Below the pieces are notes generated by a model. The model saw only the letters and a list, made by a program, of their open reading frames with translations. It was not told where the DNA came from and did no database searches. DNA of 64,000 nt from Methylococcales bacterium. GTDB lineage: Bacteria; Pseudomonadota; Gammaproteobacteria; Methylococcales; Methylomonadaceae. Made by a program: the position numbers and the translations under genes. Of the stretch, positions 11,910 through 21,749 are shown piece after piece. The stretch is from assembly GCA_023145835.1 (NCBI GenBank), contig JAGLDH010000019.1:1-64000 (forward strand), read 5' to 3'. Every line of letters starts with the position of its first letter. Position 1 is the stretch's first letter.

Positions 11910-12269
11910 TTAAAATAAAATCAATAGCCAAGTAGCTATTGCTAACAATATTGTCAACAGAACCGCTGCTGACCCGATGTCCTTAGCCCTTCCTGCCAAC
12001 TCGTGATGCTCTACACCAATTCTGTCAACTACAGTCTCAATTGCAGAATTCAATAATTCTACGATCATAACCAATACAACTGAAGCAATTAATAATACTT
12101 TTTCTATCCTATTTTCACCCAGCCATATTGCCAGTGGAACAGCGACTAAAAAAAACAAAATCTCTTGCCTAAAAGCTTCCTCATGTTTCCATGCTGCTTT
12201 AAATCCTGCGAAAGAAAAAAACATACTATTAACCAGTCTTTTTATTCCCTTCTCGTTGTAATAAGTCAC
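11910..12269 (-). CDS. dgkA: diacylglycerol kinase
   Basis: 119 aa, 3 TM helices, 'AFRQEILFFLVAVPLA', 'ELLNSAIE' conserved DgkA region. Confidence 0.8.
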   Translation of the reverse strand: MTYYNEKGIKRLVNSMFFSFAGFKAAWKHEEAFRQEILFFLVAVPLAIWLGENRIEKVLLIASVVLVMIVELLNSAIETVVDRIGVEHHELAGRAKDIGSAAVLLTILLAIATWLLILF

Positions 12270-12286
12270 TTAACCCTCCTAGTTCA

Positions 12287-12670
12287 TTACTCTTCTATCA
12301 TTTTTTGATAATCACTTGCATCCATTAAATTATCTAATTCACTTAATGATTCTGCTTTAATACAAAAGAGCCATGTTTCATAAGCGGCATCATTCACTTG
12401 TTCTGGCTCGTCTAAAATGGCTTCATTGACTGCGACAACAGTTCCCGTAACAGGGCTATATAAATCTGAAGCTGTTTTCACTGATTCAACAACAGCACAC
12501 TGGCTGCCTGCTTGCAACTGCTTACCAATTTCAGGTAATTCTATATAAACTAAATCGCCTAATTCTTCTTGTGCAAAATCGGTAATTCCTACTCGAACAA
12601 TATTTTCATCTTCAAGTTTTGACCATTCATGGGTTTTAGCATACTTTAGATTTTCAGGGGCTGTACTCAT
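12287..12670 (-). CDS. gcvH: glycine cleavage system H protein
   Basis: 'LKYAKTHEWSKLE...VGITDFAQEELGDLVYIELPEIG...VESVKTASDLYSPV' with lipoyl-lysine motif; 127 aa. No gcvT/gcvP adjacent. Confidence 0.9.
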   Translation of the reverse strand: MSTAPENLKYAKTHEWSKLEDENIVRVGITDFAQEELGDLVYIELPEIGKQLQAGSQCAVVESVKTASDLYSPVTGTVVAVNEAILDEPEQVNDAAYETWLFCIKAESLSELDNLMDASDYQKMIEE

Positions 12671-13003
12671 TTACTATCTCTCAAACTCAACTTTTTATTA
12701 AAAAATAGGGTAAAGGATAACCTCCTAGTAATTAAAAACAACAAAAAACTTTATTTATACACTGTACAGCTAAGTTTTTGGTTTTTATATTAAGTTATTT
12801 TTTTGAGAACAAGTCGCTAGAATAGACCCATAGCAAACACCATTATTATTTAAAACACAGTTATTCACAAAGTTTCCGCACAACTTCTGATGCCTTCCTA
12901 TAATCCTATAAACTCCAATAGAAAACCAAAAGCTTGGTTACACGGAATATAGATCATATAATTCTAAAAAAGATCATTTTCCTATCCATCAACTTTTATA
13001 TTT

Positions 13004-14029
13004 ATGATATCCCTCATTACTATTTTTCTATTTTATCTTCTATCGGCTTACCCTACTTTTATCAATGCATCTGAAGTAAATAACATTGACTCTCATAAAT
13101 CAATACCGTTGTTTAATGGTCAACCCGTTATTTTTATGGATGAAAAAATGCAAAATAATTCTGGGTTAAAAATACTTAAAACCAAAGCATCTCTATTTAA
13201 CCCAGAAATGATTGCCTACGGTAAAGGAATAAGCTTAACTCCCCTGCTTACAATCCGAAAAAACTATTTATCTACCATTGCACAACAAAACGAATTAAAA
13301 GTTCGCTTGAATCAAGCAGAAAAAAATATTTCTCGTTTACAGAATCTGCACAAAATTGAAGTTGTTTCTACAAAAAAACTACAAAAAAAACGTTCTCAAT
13401 GGCATTCTGAAAAAGCGATTTATGATAAAAACATCTACAAAATTCAATCAATTCTCAATAATAGCAAATTACATTGGGGAGAATTACTAACCAACTGGGT
13501 GATTAATAAACATTCACCTCAACTTGATAAATTAATGAGTGGGGAATTTATTCTATTACAAATCACGGTACCTACGAGTCAAACTCTTCCTTCTGACATT
13601 AAGACAGTATTTATCAGTCCAAATGGAACTAGAAGTACAGCCGTTAGTGCTTCATTTGTTAGCATATTACCCCAGGTTGATGATTTTTCTCAGGGAACAC
13701 AATACATTTTCTTAAGCAACACAACAAAGGTTAAAGTGGGTATGAACTTTACGGCGTGGATACCTCACCAAAAACATGCTCAAAAAGGCATTATTATTCC
13801 TGAGTCTTCCCTCGCTTGGCACTTAGAGCAGGCTTTCGTTTTTATACAAATAGATGAAGAACACTTTGTACACCGTGAAATTTCGAAACCAATAAAGACT
13901 ATTAACGGCTATTATATTGGCAAACAGATAGCTGAAGGAGAAAACCTTGTTACGACGGGAACATCAATGCTTTTATCTCATGAATTTAAGTCGCAAATCC
14001 CACATGAAGATAACGATGATGACGATTAG
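13004..14029 (+). CDS. orphan efflux-adaptor (membrane fusion protein/HlyD-like) periplasmic protein
   Basis: N-terminal signal/TM, central coiled coil ('ELKVRLNQAEKNISRLQNL'), C-terminal beta domain 'FVFIQIDEEHFVHREIS...GENLVTTGTSML' typical of RND/MFP adaptors; acidic tail DNDDDD; no pump or outer membrane factor gene nearby. Confidence 0.45.
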   Translation: MISLITIFLFYLLSAYPTFINASEVNNIDSHKSIPLFNGQPVIFMDEKMQNNSGLKILKTKASLFNPEMIAYGKGISLTPLLTIRKNYLSTIAQQNELKVRLNQAEKNISRLQNLHKIEVVSTKKLQKKRSQWHSEKAIYDKNIYKIQSILNNSKLHWGELLTNWVINKHSPQLDKLMSGEFILLQITVPTSQTLPSDIKTVFISPNGTRSTAVSASFVSILPQVDDFSQGTQYIFLSNTTKVKVGMNFTAWIPHQKHAQKGIIIPESSLAWHLEQAFVFIQIDEEHFVHREISKPIKTINGYYIGKQIAEGENLVTTGTSMLLSHEFKSQIPHEDNDDDD

Positions 14030-14050
14030 AAATAAACCTTTTTATTCTTT

Positions 14051-16858
14051 TTAAAGCTTTGGATTCCTAATCCATTCTTCTATTTTTTCAGCAGGAATAG
14101 GCTTACTAAAGAAAAAACCTTGAGCATATTCACATTTCTGTTCAAGCAAAAAATGTAATTGTTCTTCAGTTTCCACGCCTTCAGCAATAATCTGTATATT
14201 CATATTACGTCCCATAGCTATAACCGCTTGAACTATACTTGCATCATCTTGATTATTCACCACACTAGCAATAAAAGACTTGTCAATTTTCAGTTTATCT
14301 ATAGGAAGTTTTCTCAAGTACTCTAATGAAGAATACCCCGTTCCAAAGTCATCTATGGCAATCGATATACCGACAGACTTCAACCTTTCCATAACGTTCA
14401 CAGCTATATCCATATCCTGAATCATCATACTTTCGGTAATTTCTACTTGCAATAAGCTTGCCTCAACTCCGCTCGATTCAACTTCCTGAACAAATGTAGT
14501 CACTAAATCTTTTTGTGCAAATTGGCGTGCAGATATATTGATAGCAACTTTAACCAAAGGCAATTCTTTGTCTTTCCATAGTTTAAGTTGTCGACAAACT
14601 GTCTTTATTACCCAGTGACCAATTGGCACTATCAAACCAGATTCTTCTGCCAAAGAAATAAACTGATCTGGTGTAAGTAATCCTTTTTTTAAATGTTTCC
14701 ATCGAATCAATGCTTCTAATCCAATTAATTGATTTGAAGACAGATCAAATTGAGGCTGATAATAAATATCAAACTCTTCCTTCTTTAATGCTTGACGTAA
14801 TTCATTTTCTAAAAACAGCCGTTCCTTGGCTTGGGTCTCAAGGCTTTGAGAATAGAAACAGACATTATTACGACCACTTTTTTTAATGTTATACATTGCC
14901 GTATCTGCTTTTTCTAAAAGAACATCAACTTTTTTTCCATCTTCAGGGAAAAGGCTAATCCCAATACTCGCTGTGATAAAAACTTCCTGTTGATTTATCA
15001 TAAAAATCTGAGATAAATTTTGTTTCATCTGCTCAGCCACACTAGCCACATCGGATGGAGAAATCAGCTTATCCAGCATAATAATAAATTCATCACCCCC
15101 CCACCTTGAAATAGTATCCGATTCTCTAACTTGATTTCTTAGCCGCGTAGCAACTTCTTGCAAGAGCAAATCACCACTGGCATGCCCCATGCCATCATTA
15201 ATTTTTTTAAAGCCATCTAAGTCTATAAATAAAACAGAAAAACCCCCTCTTTCACGATTCGCTTTCTTAATTGCTTGTTCCATTAAATTTCGTAATAAAG
15301 TCCGATTAGGTAACCGTGTCAAAGTATCATGAGTCGCGATAAAAGCAATTTCTTTATTCACCTCAATCACTTCCGTTAAATCACTAAAAGCATACACAAC
15401 ACCTTCCGACGAACCATTTTCAGCATAAACTTCTCGACTGGAAAAGCGAACAAAAAATTCTTCATTGAGACGATTTCTAATAACTTGTACGACTGACTGT
15501 TTATGCTCTCGATCATGACCAACAACTTTTTTATCATAAAGCATTAAGGCATTATTTTTTTCTACAACTTCGTATATCTCTGAAAAAACAAGGGATTTAG
15601 CATCAGTTAATGAATAAGCCAGCATTTTCTCAGCTGCAGGATTCATATACTCAACCTCACCCTGTTTATCTATTACGACAACCGAATCTGCAATCGCCTT
15701 CAGAATTGCACTTGCATTTTCTTGCTCTTTAAACAAAGATGATTTCAATTGATTTACCTTCCGTAAACTCCATAATGGGTAGCTAAATACTAAACAAAGT
15801 AAGGTCGATAAAGGAGCAAACCAAAGTTTAAAAAGACTGAGTAAAAAAAAGCTAATCAAACAGGTTAATAAAGAAAATCCTATCGCCAAAAACAACGTCA
15901 GACTAGGTTTAAAAAACCTATATGTCATAACGGGAATAATAATCAACATGATGGATATCAACCAACATTGATACTTTTTTAACGGTAAAATCATTGTCTC
16001 CATTTCAAGAGTATTCAATGCATTAGCTTGAAAAACAACACCAGACATCAACCGAGTTTGCCTAGACCCTAACCCCGGCGTAGCAAGACTGCTATCTAAC
16101 CCAGCAGCAGTCACACCTATTAAAACAATTTTCCCTTTTAAACTTTGACGAAGACTTGAGTCTAATAATACATCGACGTAAGAAGTTTGCTGAAATTGTC
16201 CTGGTGGGTTTGAAAAAGCAATAAATACCTTTTCTTGAATAGCCCTATCAACAAAAGTGGTATGTCCATGCTTTTTTTGATGTAACGCTAAAGCCATTGA
16301 AGGTAAGTCTTGTCCATTATTAAGAGTAATCTCTAGATCAAGCTGGCGGACAACCCCCTGTTCATCAAGACTCATGTTCACATGTGCCAACTGAGCAGCA
16401 TCCGTAATTTGCATTAAGGATTTTGTCACCACCATGTCATTTTCTTCAATATTGGTCAAAACGGGTAAAACTACGTGGCCATTACGCTGAATAGCTTCTG
16501 CTAACAGTTTATCTCCTTCAGGCAACATAAGATCCTGTTCCATAAATAAGATATCAAGACCAATTGCAGTAACCCCTGTTTCAGTTAGTTGATCTATCAA
16601 ACGAGCATGAATAGCTCGTGACCAAGGCCATCGCCCCAATTTTTGTAGACTCATATCATCTATCATTACAATAACGATATCATCATCCACAGGTCGTTGA
16701 ATAATTGATGATTCAACATCATAAAAAAGATTATCCCAACGTTGTAATACCTTATAGTTATTCAGCAGTATAGACATAACCACTAATAAAGTAGCCAGCA
16801 TTATGTCAAAGTGCAGCTGTTTTCTCATCAATGATCTAACTGCTTCCACTATTTTCAT
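14051..16858 (-). CDS. CHASE2-PAS-GGDEF-EAL c-di-GMP signalling protein
   Basis: Periplasmic CHASE2 between TM segments; PAS region; intact 'RWGGDEFIIM' (GGDEF) and 'EALIRW' (EAL) motifs; 935 aa; start overlaps stop of upstream gene (TAATG). Confidence 0.85.
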   Translation of the reverse strand: MKIVEAVRSLMRKQLHFDIMLATLLVVMSILLNNYKVLQRWDNLFYDVESSIIQRPVDDDIVIVMIDDMSLQKLGRWPWSRAIHARLIDQLTETGVTAIGLDILFMEQDLMLPEGDKLLAEAIQRNGHVVLPVLTNIEENDMVVTKSLMQITDAAQLAHVNMSLDEQGVVRQLDLEITLNNGQDLPSMALALHQKKHGHTTFVDRAIQEKVFIAFSNPPGQFQQTSYVDVLLDSSLRQSLKGKIVLIGVTAAGLDSSLATPGLGSRQTRLMSGVVFQANALNTLEMETMILPLKKYQCWLISIMLIIIPVMTYRFFKPSLTLFLAIGFSLLTCLISFFLLSLFKLWFAPLSTLLCLVFSYPLWSLRKVNQLKSSLFKEQENASAILKAIADSVVVIDKQGEVEYMNPAAEKMLAYSLTDAKSLVFSEIYEVVEKNNALMLYDKKVVGHDREHKQSVVQVIRNRLNEEFFVRFSSREVYAENGSSEGVVYAFSDLTEVIEVNKEIAFIATHDTLTRLPNRTLLRNLMEQAIKKANRERGGFSVLFIDLDGFKKINDGMGHASGDLLLQEVATRLRNQVRESDTISRWGGDEFIIMLDKLISPSDVASVAEQMKQNLSQIFMINQQEVFITASIGISLFPEDGKKVDVLLEKADTAMYNIKKSGRNNVCFYSQSLETQAKERLFLENELRQALKKEEFDIYYQPQFDLSSNQLIGLEALIRWKHLKKGLLTPDQFISLAEESGLIVPIGHWVIKTVCRQLKLWKDKELPLVKVAINISARQFAQKDLVTTFVQEVESSGVEASLLQVEITESMMIQDMDIAVNVMERLKSVGISIAIDDFGTGYSSLEYLRKLPIDKLKIDKSFIASVVNNQDDASIVQAVIAMGRNMNIQIIAEGVETEEQLHFLLEQKCEYAQGFFFSKPIPAEKIEEWIRNPKL

Positions 16859-18537
16859 TATAGGGCTATTAAAATTAGCAATGGAAGTAAAGTTAACATC
16901 CAGGAAAAATCATAGGGCACCCTAATATTCTGTGGTTTAGAAAAAGATCCGACAAAACCATCAGAATCTATCATTCCTATTCGAATATAATATGTTCCAC
17001 TTTCTAATATAGGGGTTTTTAGTTTTGGTTCATCCGTATATTCATCAACCAATAATTCACTAAAACTTTCATCCTCTGCAATTTGAAAATGATATCGCTG
17101 CCCTGGCAAACCACGATGCGAACGAATAATTAAAGAATCTTCTGTTATCTCTGAAGCATCCATTTCAGGAGCCGACTCACTCCGCCGAAACATTTGTTCT
17201 GGGCTAAAAGGACCGTCGTCATCTTGATCTACAGCAGCAACTCGCCAGAAATACTTTCCTACTTCCATTTTTTCATCGACCACCACTTCTGTTTGGTCAA
17301 TATTTTTCTTATCAATTACGACATCAGAAAAATGTTGATCTTTAGCAATTTGAAAATGATATTGTTTAATATTCTGGAGTTTTGCCCAGCTAAACTTAGC
17401 ATTTTCGCTAATCAAAATATCTTGCCCTACTTTAGGCTTGACTAAAAAAGGTGCTTCAGGACGTGCATTAACTATAAAGTTACGTTGAGCATTTAACCCT
17501 TCTAACTGATGTAAATCGATACCTCGAATTCGGACAAAATATTCACCGTCTGGTAAATCAGGCCCTCTAATAATCGAGGAGCTAATAAGCTGATTAAAGA
17601 GTATTTCACGAAATGATTCCGTTTTAGCAATTTGGACTCGATAACCATGCCCATCTTTAAGATTAGGCATAGTGAACTGAATGGGTACTTGAATAAAAGT
17701 CTCTGGCAATTGACTTATGTCGGGTGCAGGTAATAACTTCACTGGAGGCAAAGGTTCCTGCCCTTTAGCAGCAAGAGTTCCAAAGCCAGCATTAATTGGA
17801 AGGCCACGCCCTTTACTTCCTTTTACATCGACTTTTCCGTCAACCACCTCTGTCCTTGACTCATTATTCTTCAGTTCGGAGCTAATTCTATAGTTTGTTC
17901 CCCTAACTGACGTCACAGTAGCCGGTGTTTTAATCTGAAATTTTCTTATTCCACTTTTATTAGGAATAACTTGAGTTTCCATTCTGCCTTTTTTAAGGTT
18001 AAATCGAGAATCTGACATGCCGGTGTATTCAAAACTCGTCAGATGATCAATCTTCAACTTACTATTTTCCAGTAACAAAATTTCGGACCCATCCAAAAAA
18101 GCCAACACTATCGTGCTTTTAGCACCTGTAGTAACTGTATCACCCTGCATTACAATTGACCCTGCTTGCAGTTGTTTCGATGAATGACTACCCTCTTCTA
18201 AAACAGTTGCTGCTCCTTGTAAGTTTTGCACTCGAAGTAAAGCAGGGAAATGTCTTATCCATTTTTCAGGAATTCTAATTTCGCTTCCAGGCTTAAGATT
18301 CTCTGGATCAACTATTTTATTGAGCTTTTGAACTCGATTAACATAAGAACTATCAATCAAATGATCAATAGTAATATCCCAAAGGTTATCTCCTGCCCGA
18401 ACTTTATAAACCCAATCCTTTGCAAAAGCGGTAGAAAAGCTATTAAACAGTATTAAAATCACTAATACTCCATGTAAAGCATTACTTCGTATAAGCCTTT
18501 TTCTACTCATATTCCTTATAACTTCTATTATTTTCAT
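16858..18537 (-). CDS. LysM + FecR-domain periplasmic protein (partner of CHASE2 cyclase)
   Basis: LysM 'YKVRAGDNLWDITIDHL'; FecR-like 'QGDTVTTGAKSTIVLAFLDGSEILLLENSKLKI'; C-terminal hydrophobic anchor; translationally coupled to downstream GGDEF-EAL gene. Confidence 0.7.
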   Translation of the reverse strand: MKIIEVIRNMSRKRLIRSNALHGVLVILILFNSFSTAFAKDWVYKVRAGDNLWDITIDHLIDSSYVNRVQKLNKIVDPENLKPGSEIRIPEKWIRHFPALLRVQNLQGAATVLEEGSHSSKQLQAGSIVMQGDTVTTGAKSTIVLAFLDGSEILLLENSKLKIDHLTSFEYTGMSDSRFNLKKGRMETQVIPNKSGIRKFQIKTPATVTSVRGTNYRISSELKNNESRTEVVDGKVDVKGSKGRGLPINAGFGTLAAKGQEPLPPVKLLPAPDISQLPETFIQVPIQFTMPNLKDGHGYRVQIAKTESFREILFNQLISSSIIRGPDLPDGEYFVRIRGIDLHQLEGLNAQRNFIVNARPEAPFLVKPKVGQDILISENAKFSWAKLQNIKQYHFQIAKDQHFSDVVIDKKNIDQTEVVVDEKMEVGKYFWRVAAVDQDDDGPFSPEQMFRRSESAPEMDASEITEDSLIIRSHRGLPGQRYHFQIAEDESFSELLVDEYTDEPKLKTPILESGTYYIRIGMIDSDGFVGSFSKPQNIRVPYDFSWMLTLLPLLILIAL

Positions 18538-18918
18538 AGGATTAAACCATTAACTTTATAAATTACCTTACATTTATATATTCTAGCTATAAATAGTATT
18601 ATAAATGTATGAATATGAATCACACCATAACACTATAATTTATTTTTATTACAACAACTTAAGAATTTAAACCATTAAAAACCACCCTATAATTACAACC
18701 TAAATCTGTATTTTATACCGACTAAAAAAATAGTTAATAAAACTAATTTCACCCCAACTTTCATACTTAAAGTAATATATCAATACCTTTTAATATAAAA
18801 TCTTTTTACACATAAACTATAAAAATGTTGATTTATGTGGTGTGTTTTTCTATCCTTATAGAGTTATATTAATAAAAACTAAAAATATTTTTACGCTTAA
18901 CTAACAATCGAGGATAAA

Positions 18919-19461
18919 ATGAAAAAATTATTAAAACCTTTAATTGCAAGTACTTTACTTATTGCCTGCTCTAGTGTCTATGCTCAAAGCTATTCAGCTG
19001 ACCGTGTAAATAAGACTCTCAACATCATGGATGACAATAAAGATAATAAAGTAAAATTTGACGAATATTTTGAAGAAACCTTTACTGATAATAAGGACTC
19101 TTTTGATGTGAATAAAGATGGCTACATTACATCTGGTGAAATCGTTTTAGAAATAAAAGAAGACCTTATTCAGACAATTAACGAAATGCGTAAACAAGGT
19201 GTTTCAGAAAAAAACATTAACAAAACTATTGCAAACGAGCTTAAAACAGCAGAAAAAGAAGCAGAAGCTTTAATTCAAAAAATGGATGCTGATGGAGATA
19301 ACTTGGTTGAGCCTAATGAGATTAAAAAATTCAAACAAGCTCAATTTGATGCTCTAGACAAAAATAATGATGGCGCTCTCTCTAGTTCAGATATAGGCTC
19401 AGCTGCAACAAATAAAGCCCCATCTAAAGGGTATTCTGTAGTTCCTTATAATCCATCATAA
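18919..19461 (+). CDS. EF-hand calcium-binding lipoprotein
   Basis: Lipobox 'LLIACSS'; four canonical EF-hand loops 'DDNKDNKVKFDE', 'DVNKDGYITSGE', 'DADGDNLVEPNE', 'DKNNDGALSSSD'. Confidence 0.7.
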   Translation: MKKLLKPLIASTLLIACSSVYAQSYSADRVNKTLNIMDDNKDNKVKFDEYFEETFTDNKDSFDVNKDGYITSGEIVLEIKEDLIQTINEMRKQGVSEKNINKTIANELKTAEKEAEALIQKMDADGDNLVEPNEIKKFKQAQFDALDKNNDGALSSSDIGSAATNKAPSKGYSVVPYNPS

Positions 19462-19475
19462 TAAAACTTAATTTG

Positions 19476-19553
19476 ATAGAGCGAATTTCAGTCTAACGAG
19501 GACAACATTAAAGCCCTTACATGTTGCAATTTAATGATTAAAGTTCGCTCTAT
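19476..19553. other. long imperfect inverted repeat / structured element between convergent genes (putative bidirectional terminator)
   Basis: 10-bp perfect arms 'atagagcgaa' (19476-19485) and 'ttcgctctat' (19544-19553), extendable to ~13 bp, with nested 'cattaaag'/'atttaatg' inner stem. Confidence 0.35.
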
Positions 19554-19567
19554 TCTAACCAATCAAG

Positions 19568-21046
19568 TCAATCCAGTTTTTTTTCCAAGAACTTACAGTA
19601 GTTCTTTATCACCTTTATCCGAGCATACTTTTTATCATTACCTTCAACTATAATCCAAGGGTTTTGTTGAGTACTGGTACGAATCACCATCTCATTTACT
19701 GCAGTACTGTACTCATCCCATTTTGCACGATTTCGGTAGTCTTCCTCAGTAATCTTATATTTTTTATAACTTATTTTTTCTCGCGCTTTGAATCGTTTTA
19801 ATTGCTCATCTTGATCGATATGTAACCAAAACTTTATGAGTAGAGTTCCATGACGAGACATGGCCTCTTCAAAATTAACAATTTCTGAATACGCCCGCTT
19901 CCATTCATTATTAGACGCAAAACCTTCAACTCGCTCGACTAAAACTCTGCCATACCAACTTCTATCATAAATTGTTACTTTTCCCGCTCTTGGTATATGT
20001 CGCCAAAAGCGCCAAAGGTAATGATGTTGCTTTTCTTCTTCAGTAGGAGCAGCAATAGGAATAACCTGATAATTTCTAGCATCCATCGAATGAGTCAAAC
20101 GCCGAATTGAACCACCTTTACCTCCTGCATCCCAACCTTCAAAAACTAATAGACTCGATAGTTTTTTTTCATGTGCCTGCCGGGAAAGTTTATTTAATTT
20201 ACTTTGATATTTTGACAATAAAGCATTATATTTCTTTTTTTCTAGTTTCAACGACAAATCAAGTGAGTCTAATAAATTCCTTTGTAATCCGTAAGTTTTA
20301 TCTGAATGTAGTGTGTTTAACTGCTCCTCTTCTTTTTTTTGCCCTAGATGTTGCTCAATTCTAGTTAAGATATGTTTACCAATAGTCAAACTGCTATAAC
20401 GAACATCAAACCCATCAACAATAAGCCAAGGGGAATCCACTGTACTCGTTTCTGCTAAAACCTTTTCTGCGATGCTTATAAACCTGTCATACATTTTTAA
20501 ATGTTTTTTATCTTGTTTAGTCACCTTCCATCGAGTATCTGGATTTTTTTCTAGCTTTTTTATTCGCTCTTTTTGTACACTTTTTTTCAAATGTAACCAA
20601 CATTTTATGATTAAAGCACCATCATCAATAAATTCTTGCTCCAATTGACGAATATGTTTTAAATCTACCATCAACTGTTCATCATTTATCTTGCCATAAA
20701 TTCGCCGTGAAAGCGGGTTGCTATACCAAGAGCCTGTGTAAATATAAATGGCACCTTTTGCAGGTATTGCACGCCAATATCGCCAAAATTTAGGTCGCTC
20801 CTTTTCTTCGTCTGAGGGTTTGCTAAATGCTATCGTCCTCATGTACCGAGAATCCATCCACTCATTAAGTAAATTTACGATGTCGCCTTTCCCTCCACCA
20901 TCGACACCTGATATTAAAATAATGACAGGGAAATCACTTGCCTTCACTTTCTCTTGCGCAAGTAATAACTGAGTCCTAAGTTCAGGCTCTAATTCTTCAT
21001 ATTTTGATTTTTTAATAGTCTGTCCTAACTCTGCAATTTCAAACAT
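19568..21046 (-). CDS. two-domain polyphosphate kinase 2 family enzyme (polyphosphate:AMP/NDP phosphotransferase)
   Basis: 492 aa with duplicated PPK2 fold; Walker A-like 'ISGVDGGGKG' and 'FEGWDAGGKGGSIRRL'; lid motifs in both halves. Confidence 0.8.
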   Translation of the reverse strand: MFEIAELGQTIKKSKYEELEPELRTQLLLAQEKVKASDFPVIILISGVDGGGKGDIVNLLNEWMDSRYMRTIAFSKPSDEEKERPKFWRYWRAIPAKGAIYIYTGSWYSNPLSRRIYGKINDEQLMVDLKHIRQLEQEFIDDGALIIKCWLHLKKSVQKERIKKLEKNPDTRWKVTKQDKKHLKMYDRFISIAEKVLAETSTVDSPWLIVDGFDVRYSSLTIGKHILTRIEQHLGQKKEEEQLNTLHSDKTYGLQRNLLDSLDLSLKLEKKKYNALLSKYQSKLNKLSRQAHEKKLSSLLVFEGWDAGGKGGSIRRLTHSMDARNYQVIPIAAPTEEEKQHHYLWRFWRHIPRAGKVTIYDRSWYGRVLVERVEGFASNNEWKRAYSEIVNFEEAMSRHGTLLIKFWLHIDQDEQLKRFKAREKISYKKYKITEEDYRNRAKWDEYSTAVNEMVIRTSTQQNPWIIVEGNDKKYARIKVIKNYCKFLEKKLD

Positions 21047-21326
21047 ATAGCTATATCTCCACTACTACTTCAACTAAAAAAGCTTACGAATACAACATAC
21101 AATATGATCACCATTGAATCTACCCTCATTTGATAATTATCATTGCTCTTTAATAAATCTGTATAATTGTTTTGACACAAAACCTTTTGTTATGTAACAC
21201 TAGTACCCGTCGAACAAAAACTATAATTCACTCGACATGCAACTTAACTTTATTTCGGTTGCATTCCTTCTTAAAATATTAAAGAAGGGTTAACTTAAAA
21301 TATAATCATCTACGAGGACTTTAACA

Positions 21327-21533
21327 ATGGCTGAAGAAAAAGAAGAAAAGAGTAATTTCCTAGTTGTTTTCGCTACTGTTTCAATAGCGGCAATCATACT
21401 AGTTTTAGTTTTAAAAGGACGTGAAACTGAACATTTAACTAATCCTGGTGCAGGAACTACATTAGAAGGAAATGCTTCTGCTCTTCATGAAGCAAAACGA
21501 TTCAAAAATGATAATACTGGTAGCTTAGAGTAA
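21327..21533 (+). CDS. small single-TM membrane protein, hypothetical
   Basis: 68 aa, hydrophobic 'FLVVFATVSIAAIILVLVL'; followed 9 bp later by a perfect hairpin. Confidence 0.4.
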   Translation: MAEEKEEKSNFLVVFATVSIAAIILVLVLKGRETEHLTNPGAGTTLEGNASALHEAKRFKNDNTGSLE

Positions 21534-21541
21534 TATTATTT

Positions 21542-21573
21542 AGGTCTTCCATTAATCTTTTAATGGAAGACCT
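21542..21573 (+). terminator. perfect 14-bp stem / 4-nt loop hairpin, probable intrinsic terminator
   Basis: 'aggtcttccattaa-tctt-ttaatggaagacct'; downstream T-tract is weak ('ttaaact'). Confidence 0.5.
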
Positions 21574-21749
21574 TTAAACTCTCTTATAAATATCTAAAAA
21601 CACCATATCCCCTGCCCTCTTAGCTCTCTCCTCAATCTTAGTTCAGATACAAAATTAGCAATAATTCATTTTATTCTGTAAGCTTATGTCTTGTTAATCG
21701 ACAAAATACATATTATTTCTATTTTATTAACAACTCAAAAGGAACAATC

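Noticed and set aside
12671-13003. Possible glycine riboswitch upstream of gcvH
   Set aside because: No conserved glycine-aptamer core (for example ACCGAAGGGGCAA / CTCTGGAGAG) on the minus strand; only an ordinary RBS region
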